Shown: positions 8,472-17,297, counted from the stretch's first letter. The stretch: DNA of 64,000 bases from Paracoccaceae bacterium (GCA_041685625.1 JAWLFJ010000002.1:14339-78338); one strand, 5' to 3'. Made by a program: numbers and translations. The notes: a model not told the origin generated them from the sequence alone.

Positions 8472-9665
8472 ATGACAGACGCGCCCCTCCCGCCCCGCCG
8501 CCCGCCCTTCCCCGAGACCGCCGCGCGCCCCGTGGCCGCGGCCCTGAACCCCTCCGTCGTCTGGCGGGTCGAGGACGCCGACGCGCTCGACGCGCAATAC
8601 GAAGGGCGCGCGCCGGGCTACGGCTACGCCCGCGAAGGCCACCCGAACGCCGACCGCCTCGCCGCCCAGATCGACGCCCTCGAAGGCGCGCCCGAGGCGT
8701 TCGCCGGCGGCGGACTGATGTTCGGCTCCGGCATGGGCGCGGTCGCGGCCGTGCTGCTCGGCCTCCTCGAGCCGGGCGACCGGGTGCTCGCCGCCGCCCA
8801 GCTCTACGGCCGCACGCTGCGGCTGATGACGCAGGACCTCCCGCGCCTCGGCATCCACGTCGACTGGATCGACCCGACGGACGCCGCCGCCTACGCTCCC
8901 GCGATCCGGCCGGAGACGCGGATGATCTGGGTCGAGACGGTCTCCAACCCCACCCTCCGCGTCGCGGACATGGAGGCGGCGCGCGAGGCCGCCCGCGCCT
9001 CCGGCGCCCGGCTCGTCGTGGACAACACCTTCACCACCCCCCGCGGCTTCCCCGCCTTCGCCTTCGGCGCCGACGTGGTGATCCACTCGGTCACCAAGAT
9101 GCTCGCCGGCCATTCCGACGCCACGCTCGGCTGGGCCGCCGCGCGCGATCCGGCGGACCGCGAGGCGCTCGTCGCCGCGCAGGGCAGCTTCGGCGCCACC
9201 GCCTCGCCCTTCGACTGCTGGCTGGCCGAGCGCGGCCTCGCCACCTTCGCCCTCCGCTACGACGCGGCCGAGGCCAACGCGGCGGCCCTCGCCGACCACC
9301 TCGCGACGCTCCTCGGCGTCGAGGCGGTGCTCTATCCCGGCCGCGCCGACCACCCCGACCACGCCCGCGCCGGCGCCCTGCTCGGCGAGCGCTTCGGCAC
9401 GATGGTCAGCTTCCGGCTCGCCGGCGGGCGGGAGGCGGTGAACCGCCTGCTCCGCGCCGCGCCGCAGCTCCCCTTCGCGCCCTCGCTCGGCGACGTGCAG
9501 ACGCTGCTCTCGCACCCGCCGACCTCCTCGCACCGGGCGCTGACGGCCGAGGGCCGCGCCGCCCTCGGCATCACCGAGGGGTTCCTGCGCGTCTCCGTCG
9601 GCATCGAGCCGATCGAGATCCTGAAGGCCGAATTCGAGGCCGCCGTCGCCGCCGCCGCCGGCTGA
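8472..9665 (+). CDS. Cys/Met-metabolism PLP-dependent enzyme (cystathionine gamma-synthase/lyase family)
   Basis: 397 aa with the PLP-lysine motif HSVTKMLAGHSD, plus VETVSNPTL and DNTFTTP. Confidence 0.75.
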   Translation: MTDAPLPPRRPPFPETAARPVAAALNPSVVWRVEDADALDAQYEGRAPGYGYAREGHPNADRLAAQIDALEGAPEAFAGGGLMFGSGMGAVAAVLLGLLEPGDRVLAAAQLYGRTLRLMTQDLPRLGIHVDWIDPTDAAAYAPAIRPETRMIWVETVSNPTLRVADMEAAREAARASGARLVVDNTFTTPRGFPAFAFGADVVIHSVTKMLAGHSDATLGWAAARDPADREALVAAQGSFGATASPFDCWLAERGLATFALRYDAAEANAAALADHLATLLGVEAVLYPGRADHPDHARAGALLGERFGTMVSFRLAGGREAVNRLLRAAPQLPFAPSLGDVQTLLSHPPTSSHRALTAEGRAALGITEGFLRVSVGIEPIEILKAEFEAAVAAAAG

Positions 9666-9776
9666 CGGCCCGCCCTCCCGGCGGGGCGCGCGCCGCTCGG
9701 GGAGCCTCCGGCCCCCGCTCGCGGCGCGCCGGGACGCCTGCGGCGCCCCGAGGGCGCCCGGCCCCGCCGGCGCGCC

Positions 9777-10670
9777 TCAGCCCCGGACGCGCGCGACGAA
9801 GCCCCGGATCGCCTCGGCGATCTCCGCCGGCGCGTCCTCCTGGATGAAGTGCGAGCCCCGCACCGTCACCTCCTCGAGGTTCGGCCAGGCGCGGCAGAGC
9901 TCGCGCTGGCGGCCGACGAGGATCGAGCCCGGCTCGGCGTTCACGAACAGCTTCGGCACGTCCGAACTCGCGAGCCAGGCCGAATAGGCCGCCGCCACGG
10001 CGGCCGTCTCCGCCGGCTCGCCCGCGATCGGGATCGCCCGCGGGAAGTCCAGCGTCGGGCGCCGGCCCTCGCCCGGCTCGGCGAAGGGCGCGCGGTAGAC
10101 CGCCATCTCCGCCTCGGAAAGCCCGCGCATCACCGAGGCCGGCAGGATCCGCTCCACGAAGACGTTCTTCTCGAGGACCATGGTCTCGCCGCCCTCGCCG
10201 CGCATCGCCCGGAACACGCCGCGGGCGGTCTCGGGCCAGTCCTCCCAGCTCGGCACCGGCGCGACGATGGTCTCCATGAACGCGATCCCGGCGACGCGCG
10301 CCGGATTGCGCCGCGCCCAGTCGAAGCCGAGATAGCCGCCCCAGTCGTGCAGCACGAGGATCACGTCGTCCCCGATCTCCAGCGCCTCCCAGGCCGCGTC
10401 CAGATGGCGGGCGTGCTCGGCGGGCGAATAGCGGCCGGGGCCGGACTCCGGCAGCTTGTCGGAATCTCCCATCCCGATCAGGTCCACCGCCACGCAGCGC
10501 CCCAGATCCGTCAGGGGCCGCATCACGTTGCGCCACAGGTAGGACGAGGTCGGGTTGCCGTGCTGGAACAGGATCGTCGGCCCCTCGCCGAGTTCGGCAT
10601 AGGCCATCCGCCGGCCGAGCACCTCGACATGCGAAGGCGTCAGCGGCTCGGGCGAGGGGGCGTCGGTCAT
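9777..10670 (-). CDS. haloalkane dehalogenase (HLD-II type alpha/beta hydrolase)
   Basis: 297 aa with HGNPTSSYLWRN (halide-binding Asn), HDWGG (nucleophile Asp + Trp), AFMETI (acid Glu) and GSHFIQEDAP (His). Confidence 0.8.
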   Translation of the reverse strand: MTDAPSPEPLTPSHVEVLGRRMAYAELGEGPTILFQHGNPTSSYLWRNVMRPLTDLGRCVAVDLIGMGDSDKLPESGPGRYSPAEHARHLDAAWEALEIGDDVILVLHDWGGYLGFDWARRNPARVAGIAFMETIVAPVPSWEDWPETARGVFRAMRGEGGETMVLEKNVFVERILPASVMRGLSEAEMAVYRAPFAEPGEGRRPTLDFPRAIPIAGEPAETAAVAAAYSAWLASSDVPKLFVNAEPGSILVGRQRELCRAWPNLEEVTVRGSHFIQEDAPAEIAEAIRGFVARVRG

Positions 10671-10794
10671 GGCGGCGGCTCCGGGCAGGGGGGAAGGACG
10701 GCAGCCTCCGCCGCGCCTCGGCCGCGGTCAACCGCGCGGCAGGGTTTCGGCGCCATTCTCGCGGGGCGTCCCGACGCGCCGGAGCCGCGGTCTG

Positions 10795-10985
10795 GGCGCC
10801 CCGATTCGGAACGAGGCGGGCCGACGCCGTGCCGACGAAGGCGGCACGGCAGGCCGACGCGGGCGGCATGGGCGTCCGACCGAGGGCCGACCGACGGCAC
10901 ATGAAAGGCCGACGGATGACCGACGAATGGCCGACGCATGCGGCGCCGGGTCGGCACGAAGGCGGCACCCTCGCCGCACGCGATC
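10795..10985. repeat. intergenic mosaic repeat, copy A (inverted relative to copies B and C)
   Basis: Eight CCGACG cores in about 190 bp. Three perfectly phased 11-bp units CCGACGNATGN lie at 10909-10941. The reverse complement shares GATCGCGTGCSGCGA, CGCCGCATG, CATGCGTCGG, CATCCGTCGG and TTCGTGCCGAC with copy B. Confidence 0.7.
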
Positions 10986-11663
10986 TCAGTCCCGGAAGCG
11001 CCGGCTCTCCTTGACCACGTCCCAGGCCCACAGCACCTCGCGCAGCCGCGCCTCGTCGTCCCGCGCGCCGCCGTTCATGTCGGGGTGCAGATCCTTCACC
11101 AGCGCGCGGTAGCGCTCGCGCAGCGCGGTGCGGGTGCCGCCCTCCGGCATCCCCAGCGCGTCGAGGGCCCGCCGCTCGGTGGGCGAGAACCGCGCGGCGG
11201 GCGGCGGCGCCGTGGCCACCCGCTCGCCGTCCCGGCCCGGGTTCAGCGTCGCGTTCTCGCCCAGCACCTCGAAAGGGTCCTCGAAGCCGAAGCGCGCCCA
11301 GGCGCGACCCTCGGCATGGCCCGAGCCGGCCGCGTCGGGCGCGCCGGGCTTGCCGAAGCGCCAGGTGGGCCGGCCCCAGAGCCGGTCGGACTCGACGAAG
11401 GCCTCGAAATCCTCCTCCGTCCAGTTGTCGAAGTAGTTCCAAGTCTGATTGTACTCGCGCACATGGTCGAGGCAGAACCACCAGTATTCGTCCAGCCGCT
11501 CCGGCGAGCGCGGGGCCCGGTACTGCCCGACCGCGTCGCATCCCTTGCGGTCGCATCGGCGCCCGCGCGCCTCGAACGCGCCCGACATGCCGCGCCGACG
11601 CGTCCGCCGGCGCTTGTCGGCGGAGACGGAGACGTCGTAGTCGAAGGGAGAACGTTGCGGCAC
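10986..11663 (-). CDS. J-domain (DnaJ-like) protein with an N-terminal Cys-rich region
   Basis: C-terminal J domain (LRERYRALVKDLHPDMNGG). N-terminal CDRKGCDAVGQYRAP...WWFCLDHVREYN. A GTG start at 11663 is preferred because the conserved SPFDYDVSVSA lies upstream of the first ATG (11588). Confidence 0.7.
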   Translation of the reverse strand: MPQRSPFDYDVSVSADKRRRTRRRGMSGAFEARGRRCDRKGCDAVGQYRAPRSPERLDEYWWFCLDHVREYNQTWNYFDNWTEEDFEAFVESDRLWGRPTWRFGKPGAPDAAGSGHAEGRAWARFGFEDPFEVLGENATLNPGRDGERVATAPPPAARFSPTERRALDALGMPEGGTRTALRERYRALVKDLHPDMNGGARDDEARLREVLWAWDVVKESRRFRD

Positions 11664-11747
11664 CGGGCGCTCCGAAGGGGATCGACGAGTCGGACCCGGA
11701 AATCTAGCGTTCCGACCGTGAAGCGAAAGACCCTGAGAGGAGACGCG

Positions 11748-12041
11748 ATGCCGCCCGCAGACCCCGCAGAGGGCCCCGTCGCCCGCCGCATGCGCGCCGC
11801 GCTCGAGGCCGCCTTCGAGCCCCGGGAACTGGAGATCCGCGACGATTCCGAGCGTCACCGCGGCCACGGCGGCTGGCGGGAAGGGGGAGAGACGCATTTC
11901 CACGTGCGCCTCGTCAGCCCCGTCTTCGACGGCCTGTCGCGGGTCGAGCGCCAGCGCCGCGTCCACGCCGCCCTCAAGGCCGAACTGGAGGACCGCGTGC
12001 ACGCGCTCTCGCTCAGCCTTTCCGGAACCGCGGCGCCGTGA
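11748..12041 (+). CDS. bolA: BolA family protein
   Basis: 97 aa with DDSERHRGH...HFHVRLVSPVFDGLSRVERQRRVHAAL, typical of BolA. It is divergent from the J-domain gene, as in many alphaproteobacteria. Confidence 0.75.
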   Translation: MPPADPAEGPVARRMRAALEAAFEPRELEIRDDSERHRGHGGWREGGETHFHVRLVSPVFDGLSRVERQRRVHAALKAELEDRVHALSLSLSGTAAP

Positions 12042-12223
12042 AGGCCGCCGCGATCGCGCCGCTCGTCGCCGCGGCGGTGGCGCTTTCGGGCTGCGTCGCC
12101 GCCTCCGTCGCCGGCACGGCCGTCGGCACGGCGGCGAGCGTCGCGGGGACGGCGGCGACGACCACCGCGGACGTCGTGGGCGCGGTCGTCGGCGCCGGAG
12201 TGGACGTCGTCGCCGACGACTGA
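12038..12223 (+). CDS. small Gly/Ala/Thr/Val-rich lipoprotein (61 aa)
   Basis: The GTG start overlaps the bolA stop (GTGA). Lipobox LSGC is followed by a glycine-zipper-like repeat and an acidic tail (VVADD). Confidence 0.5.
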   Translation: MKAAAIAPLVAAAVALSGCVAASVAGTAVGTAASVAGTAATTTADVVGAVVGAGVDVVADD

Positions 12224-12241
12224 CGCAGCCGCCGGGCCGTG

Positions 12242-12721
12242 TCAGCGCTCGGCAGGGCCGAGACGCGGCGCGTCCGGATCGGGATGAAGCCTTCGGTCCG
12301 GGTCGGGATCCGGCGCGGGCGAGAGCCGCAGGGCCGGCTCGCTCCGCAGGGCGGGTTCGGCTCCGTCGGACGGGCGGGGCGGGGCCCCCCGCGCGAAGGC
12401 CCGGCCGGCGGCCTCGTCGGGGTCGGGCGGAGACTCCGCCCTGCGCGGAGCCGTCTCCGGCGCGGGAACGGCCGCCCCCGCCCGGGGCCGGCGGAACACC
12501 AGCACCGTGCGCCATTCCGTGCGCCGCCCGCCGAACCAGCCGGCGCGCTCCTCGCAGGGCAGGCTCTCGGCCCGCTGGAACTCCCAGCCGTCGACGGCCT
12601 CCTCGCCGATCGCGGCCTCGACCGTGCGGGCGAAGGCCTCCGCCCGGCCCTTCACGCCGCGGAAGCGGCGGGCGCGGTGCGGGGCCGGAACGGCCTTGTA
12701 TTCCCAAGGGGTCGCGCTCAT
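12242..12721 (-). CDS. DUF4177 domain protein with a Pro/Asp-rich C-terminal tail
   Basis: The N-terminal 75 aa (WEYKAVPAP...GWEFQRAESLPCEER...VLVFRRP) match the DUF4177 pattern. Confidence 0.65.
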   Translation of the reverse strand: MSATPWEYKAVPAPHRARRFRGVKGRAEAFARTVEAAIGEEAVDGWEFQRAESLPCEERAGWFGGRRTEWRTVLVFRRPRAGAAVPAPETAPRRAESPPDPDEAAGRAFARGAPPRPSDGAEPALRSEPALRLSPAPDPDPDRRLHPDPDAPRLGPAER

Positions 12722-12746
12722 CTCCCGGCCTCCTTCGCCGCGGCCG

Positions 12747-14258
12747 TCACAGGCCCAGCTTCTCGCGCACCATGGCGTTGACCGCCTTCGGCTCGGCCTT
12801 GCCGGCGGTCGCCTTCATCACCTGACCGACGAACCAGCCGGCCATGGAGGGCTTCTCCCGCGCCTGTTCGGCCTTGTCGGGATTGGCCGCGATCACCTCC
12901 TCCACCGCCGCCTCGATGGCGCCGGTGTCGGTGACCTGGCGCATGCCCCGCGCCTCCACGATCTCCGCCGGGTCGCCGCCCTCGGACCAGAGGATCTCGA
13001 AGAGGTCCTTGGCGATCTTGCCGGAGATCTCGCCCTTGCCGATCAGGTCGATCAGTCCGCCGAGCCGGGCGGCGGAGACGGGCGAGTCGGCGAGCGCCAG
13101 CCCCTCCTTGTTGAGCCGGCCGAACAGCTCGTTGATCGTCCAGTTCGCCGCCTGCTTGCCGTCGCGCCCGGCCGCCACCGCCTCGAAGAAGTCCGCCGTC
13201 TCGCGGTCCGCGGTCAGCACCGAGGCGTCGTATTCGGTCACCCCGAGATCGCGCACGAAGCGCGCCTTGCGCGCGTCCGGCAGCTCCGGCAGCGAGACGC
13301 GCACCGTCTCGATCTCGTCCTCGGAAAGCTCCAGCGGCAACAGGTCCGGATCGGGGAAGTAGCGGTAGTCGTGCGCCTCCTCCTTGTTGCGCATGGGCCG
13401 CGTCTCGCCCTTGCCGGGGTCGTAGAGGCGCGTCTCCTGCACCACCGCGCCGCCGTCCTCGAGGATCGCGATCTGCCGCTTCGCCTCGAACTCGATCGCC
13501 TGCTGGATGAAGCGCATCGAGTTCATGTTCTTGATCTCGCAGCGCGTGCCGAGCCGCGAGGGATCGCCCGTCTCCCGAAACCGCTCGTAGTCGCCGGGCC
13601 GGCAGACGCTGACGTTGACGTCGGCGCGCAGGCTCCCCTCCTGCATGTTGCCGTCGCAGGTTCCGAGCCAGCGCAGGATCTGGCGCAGCTTGCGGACGAA
13701 TTCCGCCGCCTCCTCCGGGCCGCGGATGTCCGGGCGGCTGACGATCTCCATCAGCGCGACGCCGGTACGGTTGAGGTCCACGAAGCTCTGGGCCGGGTCC
13801 ATGTCGTGGATCGACTTGCCGGCGTCCTGCTCGAGGTGGATGCGCTCGATCCGGACGCGGCGCGCGACGCCCGGGCCCATGTCGACCAGCACCTCGCCCT
13901 CGCCCACGATCGGGTGCTTGAACTGGCTGATCTGATAGCCCTGCGGCAGGTCCGGGTAGAAGTAGTTCTTGCGGTCGAACGTCGAACGGCGGCGGATCTC
14001 GGCCTTGAGGCCGAGCCCGGTGCGGATCGCCTGCTCGACGCAGAAGGCGTTGATCACCGGCAGCATCCCCGGCATCGCCGCGTCGACGAGGCTGACGTTG
14101 GCGTTCGGCTCGGCGCCGAACCCGGTCGACGCGCCGGAGAACAGCTTCGCGCGGGAGCGCACCTGAGCGTGCACCTCCATGCCGATCACGAACTCCCAAT
14201 CGCCGGTCGCGCCGTGCAGGATCTTGGGCTCGGGATCGGTGTGGACGAGTTCGGCCAT
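12747..14258 (-). CDS. gatB: Asp-tRNA(Asn)/Glu-tRNA(Gln) amidotransferase subunit B
   Basis: 503 aa with [28 protein letters not shown] and a C-terminal YqeY-like tail. Confidence 0.92.
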   Translation of the reverse strand: MAELVHTDPEPKILHGATGDWEFVIGMEVHAQVRSRAKLFSGASTGFGAEPNANVSLVDAAMPGMLPVINAFCVEQAIRTGLGLKAEIRRRSTFDRKNYFYPDLPQGYQISQFKHPIVGEGEVLVDMGPGVARRVRIERIHLEQDAGKSIHDMDPAQSFVDLNRTGVALMEIVSRPDIRGPEEAAEFVRKLRQILRWLGTCDGNMQEGSLRADVNVSVCRPGDYERFRETGDPSRLGTRCEIKNMNSMRFIQQAIEFEAKRQIAILEDGGAVVQETRLYDPGKGETRPMRNKEEAHDYRYFPDPDLLPLELSEDEIETVRVSLPELPDARKARFVRDLGVTEYDASVLTADRETADFFEAVAAGRDGKQAANWTINELFGRLNKEGLALADSPVSAARLGGLIDLIGKGEISGKIAKDLFEILWSEGGDPAEIVEARGMRQVTDTGAIEAAVEEVIAANPDKAEQAREKPSMAGWFVGQVMKATAGKAEPKAVNAMVREKLGL

Positions 14259-14415
14259 GGGCGGGCTCCGCGGGCGAGGACGGGCGAGGGACGGAGGCCG
14301 GCGCCTCCGGGGCGCGGTCTAGCCCGCCCCGCGGCGGATTTCCAGCCGCGCCGCCGCTCTTGCGCGCCTCGGCGCGCCGCCGCATCTTCGTCTGCCCCGA
14401 CAAGGAGAGGCGGTC

Positions 14416-15444
14416 ATGTCCGACACCGCAGCCCCGGATCGACGGCGGCGCGGCTCGTCGGCCGCCCGCCGCGGCGCGTCGACGCCGCCGCGCGCCGGAC
14501 GGCGGGGGGCGTCGCGGGCGGCGGCGGCGCTGGGGTTGCTGCTCGTCGCGGCGTTCGGGCCCGCGGCGGCGGACCCGGCGCTGCTCGGCCTCGAGCCCCT
14601 CGCGGCGGAGCCCCCGGGCGACGCGCTGGACCGCATCCGCGCCCGCGGCGCGATCCGCCTCGGCTACCGTCTCGACGCGCCGCCGTTCAGCTACGAGGGG
14701 CCGGACGGCGCGCCGGCGGGCCTCGCCGTGCGTCTCTGCGCCGCCGTCGCGCGCACCGTCGCCGCCGCGGCCGCCGAGCCCTCGGCGGGCGTTCCCGTGG
14801 CGGACGTCCCGGGCGACGCGGGGACGCCCCCCACGTTGGAATGGGTGCCGGTCACCGCGACGGGTCGCTTCGAGGCGCTGGCCGACGGGGTGACCGATCT
14901 GCACTGCGGGCCGGCTACGCAGACCCTCGCGCGGCGCCTGCACACGGATTTCTCGATCCCGTATTTCGTCGACGGCGCCGGTCTGGTGTTCCGCAAGGGC
15001 GGACCGGAGCGCCTCGGCGACCTCACCGACGAGGCGGTGGGCGTGCTCGCCGGCACCACGACCGAGACGGTGCTGCGCCGCCTCCTCGCCGAGCGCGCGC
15101 CCGAGGCCGAGGCGGTGCGCTATCCGAGCCACGTCGCCGGGCTCGCCGCGCTCGAGCGCGGCGAGATCGAGGCCTACATGGCCGACCGCTCGATCCTGCT
15201 CTATCAGCTCGGCGCGCTGCGCCCCGCGGTCCAGCCGGTGATAGCCGCACGCACCTGGTCGCGCGAGCCCTACGCCCTCGCGATGCGACGGGGCGAGAGC
15301 CGGCTGCGCCTCGCCGTCGACGCCGGCCTCTCGCGCCTCTACGCCTCGGGCGAGATCTACGCCCTGATCCGCGAAAGCCTCGGACGCGTCGAGATCGGGC
15401 GGGACAGCGAGGGGATCTACGAGGTCGTCTCGATCCCCGAATGA
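14416..15444 (+). CDS. periplasmic amino-acid-type substrate-binding protein (ABC transporter SBP family 3)
   Basis: Arg-rich N-terminus and hydrophobic signal. IRLGYRLDAPPFSY, DLHCGPATQT and ADRSILL are typical of family-3 SBPs. No permease or ATPase gene is adjacent. Confidence 0.7.
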   Translation: MSDTAAPDRRRRGSSAARRGASTPPRAGRRGASRAAAALGLLLVAAFGPAAADPALLGLEPLAAEPPGDALDRIRARGAIRLGYRLDAPPFSYEGPDGAPAGLAVRLCAAVARTVAAAAAEPSAGVPVADVPGDAGTPPTLEWVPVTATGRFEALADGVTDLHCGPATQTLARRLHTDFSIPYFVDGAGLVFRKGGPERLGDLTDEAVGVLAGTTTETVLRRLLAERAPEAEAVRYPSHVAGLAALERGEIEAYMADRSILLYQLGALRPAVQPVIAARTWSREPYALAMRRGESRLRLAVDAGLSRLYASGEIYALIRESLGRVEIGRDSEGIYEVVSIPE

Positions 15445-15486
15445 CGCCGTCCGCCGTGCCGCGCCGGACGGCGCTCCGTCCGGGCT

Positions 15487-16269
15487 TCAGCGAAGCGCCT
15501 CGAGCGCCGGGCGCAGTCGGGCGCCGAGCTCGAAGCCGCGGCGGCGCGCCGGCAGGTTCGCGGCGGTGATCATCCCGTCGAGCGTCGACTCCGCCTCGCC
15601 GATCCTGGCCGAGGCGTGGGAGACCGCCACCGCCGCGATGCCCGGCGGCTCGAGCGTCGGCAGTCGCGAGAGGCCCGCCCCGTCGATTCCGATCGCGGCG
15701 TCGTTGAAGGCCGCGAAGGCGACGTCGGCCGCCAGCCCGCGCTTCGGATCGCCCCCGATCAGCCCGCCATGCGAGCCGGTCACGACGATGCGGCCCCGGT
15801 CCTCCCGCCGCACCAGCGACACGCTGTCGGCCAGCAGCACCGGACGGCCGCCGATCCGCCGCTCCCGCCGCGTCTCGGGCAGCGTCGGAAGCACGCCCTC
15901 GGGACCGGCGGCCGCGTCCAGCCGCGCCGCGGCCTCCGCGCAGGTCATGCCGGGCGCGACGCCGAGGGCCTCGGCCGTGCGGTTCGCCGCGGAGATCACG
16001 CCGCGCGCCGCCATGTCTTGCGCGTCGCCGATCCGGGCGCTCGCCGCGGCCACCGTGGCGGCCGCCATGCCGACCGCCTCGAGGGCCCGGATCCCCGCGA
16101 ATCCGGCCCCGTGCAGCCCGCCTCCCGCATCGGAGAAGATCGCCGCCCGGACTCCCGCCGCGGAGGCGAGGTGGCCGGCGATGCGCCCGCCATGCGAGCC
16201 GCAGATCAGCACGCGCCTGCGGGCGGCAGCGTCCGCCTCGGTGATCGAGTCCAGTCGCAGAGCCGTCAT
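15487..16269 (-). CDS. conserved hypothetical protein with an internal two-fold duplication
   Basis: 260 aa. Both halves carry GSHGG, (S/N)DA..G..GAG, ASARIG(D/E)A and G(V/M)I(S/T)AAN. I recognise no named family. Confidence 0.6.
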   Translation of the reverse strand: MTALRLDSITEADAAARRRVLICGSHGGRIAGHLASAAGVRAAIFSDAGGGLHGAGFAGIRALEAVGMAAATVAAASARIGDAQDMAARGVISAANRTAEALGVAPGMTCAEAAARLDAAAGPEGVLPTLPETRRERRIGGRPVLLADSVSLVRREDRGRIVVTGSHGGLIGGDPKRGLAADVAFAAFNDAAIGIDGAGLSRLPTLEPPGIAAVAVSHASARIGEAESTLDGMITAANLPARRRGFELGARLRPALEALR

Positions 16270-16403
16270 CGCGCCCTCTCCCGCCGCGTTTTGCCACGCC
16301 GGAGGAAATCCCCCTGATCGGCGCGCGGGGCAAGCGCGGCGCGGGGGGGCGCGCGCCGACGTCGCTCTGGCGGGAGCGTGGCGGCCGGCATATCCTCGTC
16401 TCG

Positions 16404-16883
16404 ATGCATGACGCCGACGCCCCGTTCGCCCCTCACGATCACGCCTCCTGCGCCGAGGCGGCGATGGCGGCCGCGCGGGCGGCCTGCGCCGAGGCCGGGC
16501 TGCGGCTGACCGAGACCCGGGCGCGGGTGCTGGAGATCCTGCTGGAATCCCATGCCGCGCTCGGCGCCTACGAGGTGCTGGAGCGGCTCCACGCCGAGGG
16601 CCGGAGCGCCGCGCCGCCGGTCGCGTATCGGGCGCTGGACTTTCTGGTGGCGAACGGCTTCGCGCACCGGATCGAGAAGCTCAACGCCTTCGTCGCCTGC
16701 GCAAGGCCGCGCGCCGGCGACGCGCCCGCCTTCCTGATCTGCCGGGCCTGCCGGCAGGTGGCGGAGACCTCCGCCCGGCCGGCGGCGGAGGCGCTGGCGC
16801 CGGCGGCGGAGGCGCTGGGCTTCCGGCCCGAGCGGGTGGTGGTCGAGGTCGTGGGGCTCTGCCCGGCCTGCGCGGCGGGCTGA
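16404..16883 (+). CDS. zur: Fur-family metalloregulator, Zur-like
   Basis: 159 aa with N-terminal HDHASC, the winged helix TETRARVLEILL...GAYEVL...PPVAYRALDFLV, and CxxC pairs ICRACRQV and LCPACAAG. Confidence 0.7.
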   Translation: MHDADAPFAPHDHASCAEAAMAAARAACAEAGLRLTETRARVLEILLESHAALGAYEVLERLHAEGRSAAPPVAYRALDFLVANGFAHRIEKLNAFVACARPRAGDAPAFLICRACRQVAETSARPAAEALAPAAEALGFRPERVVVEVVGLCPACAAG

Positions 16884-16915
16884 GCACGGGGGCCGGTTCG
16901 TCCCGGAACGGAGCG

Positions 16916-17100
16916 GATCGCGTGCCGCGAACGTGCAGCCGGGATGCCGCCGCGGTCGGATCTTCGTGCGGACGCCGCATGGCCGAGATCGGCCATGCGT
17001 CGGACGTTCATGCGCCATCCATGTGCCATCCGTCGGACTCCCGTCTGGCTTTCGTGCCGCTTTCGTGCCGACGTCGTCGGACGCCCGGTCGAGGCCGGCT
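16916..17100. repeat. intergenic mosaic repeat, copy B
   Basis: CATGCGTCGGAC, CATCCGTCGGAC, TTTCGTGCCG x2 and GTCGTCGGACGCC. A perfect 22-bp palindrome GCATGGCCGAGATCGGCCATGC lies at 16976-16997. Confidence 0.7.
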
Positions 17101-17297
17101 CCGGGGTCGCGGGCGAGCCGCGACGCCGGTCTCGCACGGCGCAGTTGACGAGGCGTTGCGGCGGGGCCGCCGAGAGCCGTCCGGAGACTCCGGCGGTGGC
17201 GGGGCGTCTCTCGCCGATCCGCCCCGCGGATCGGCGGGCGCCGCGCGACGGGCTCGACGCCCCCGCGCGGCGCCGCGCCGGCCGAAGGGCGCCGCGG

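Noticed and set aside
8236-8475. A 79-aa ORF across the 30-bp repeats giving a repeated AQERGRRPP peptide.
   Set aside because: Repeat unit lengths of 30, 31 and 29 bp break the frame between units. The composition is Arg/Pro-rich shadow-type, and there is no RBS.
6428-9847. Very long ORFs in the six-frame track: 6428-9847 (1139 aa), 12507-15569, 29086-32190, 44218-49119 upstream of residue about 840, 3433-5943, 21070-24261 and others.
   Set aside because: Their translations are dominated by Arg/Pro/Gly/Ala runs. They run antisense to or out of frame with genes that have clear family signatures. They are the expected stop-poor shadow frames of a very GC-rich genome.
14416-15444. An orphan substrate-binding protein without a cognate ABC permease or ATPase, as a possible novel sensor.
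   Set aside because: Orphan family-3 SBPs are common, and partners are often encoded elsewhere. Nothing in the sequence itself points to a special role.
17212-17236. An 11-bp perfect-stem hairpin (CGCCGATCCGC-CCC-GCGGATCGGCG) downstream of the acyl-CoA synthetase gene.
   Set aside because: The loop is only 3 nt and there is no U-tract on either strand. GC-rich palindromes of this size are frequent in this sequence, so it is not called as a terminator.
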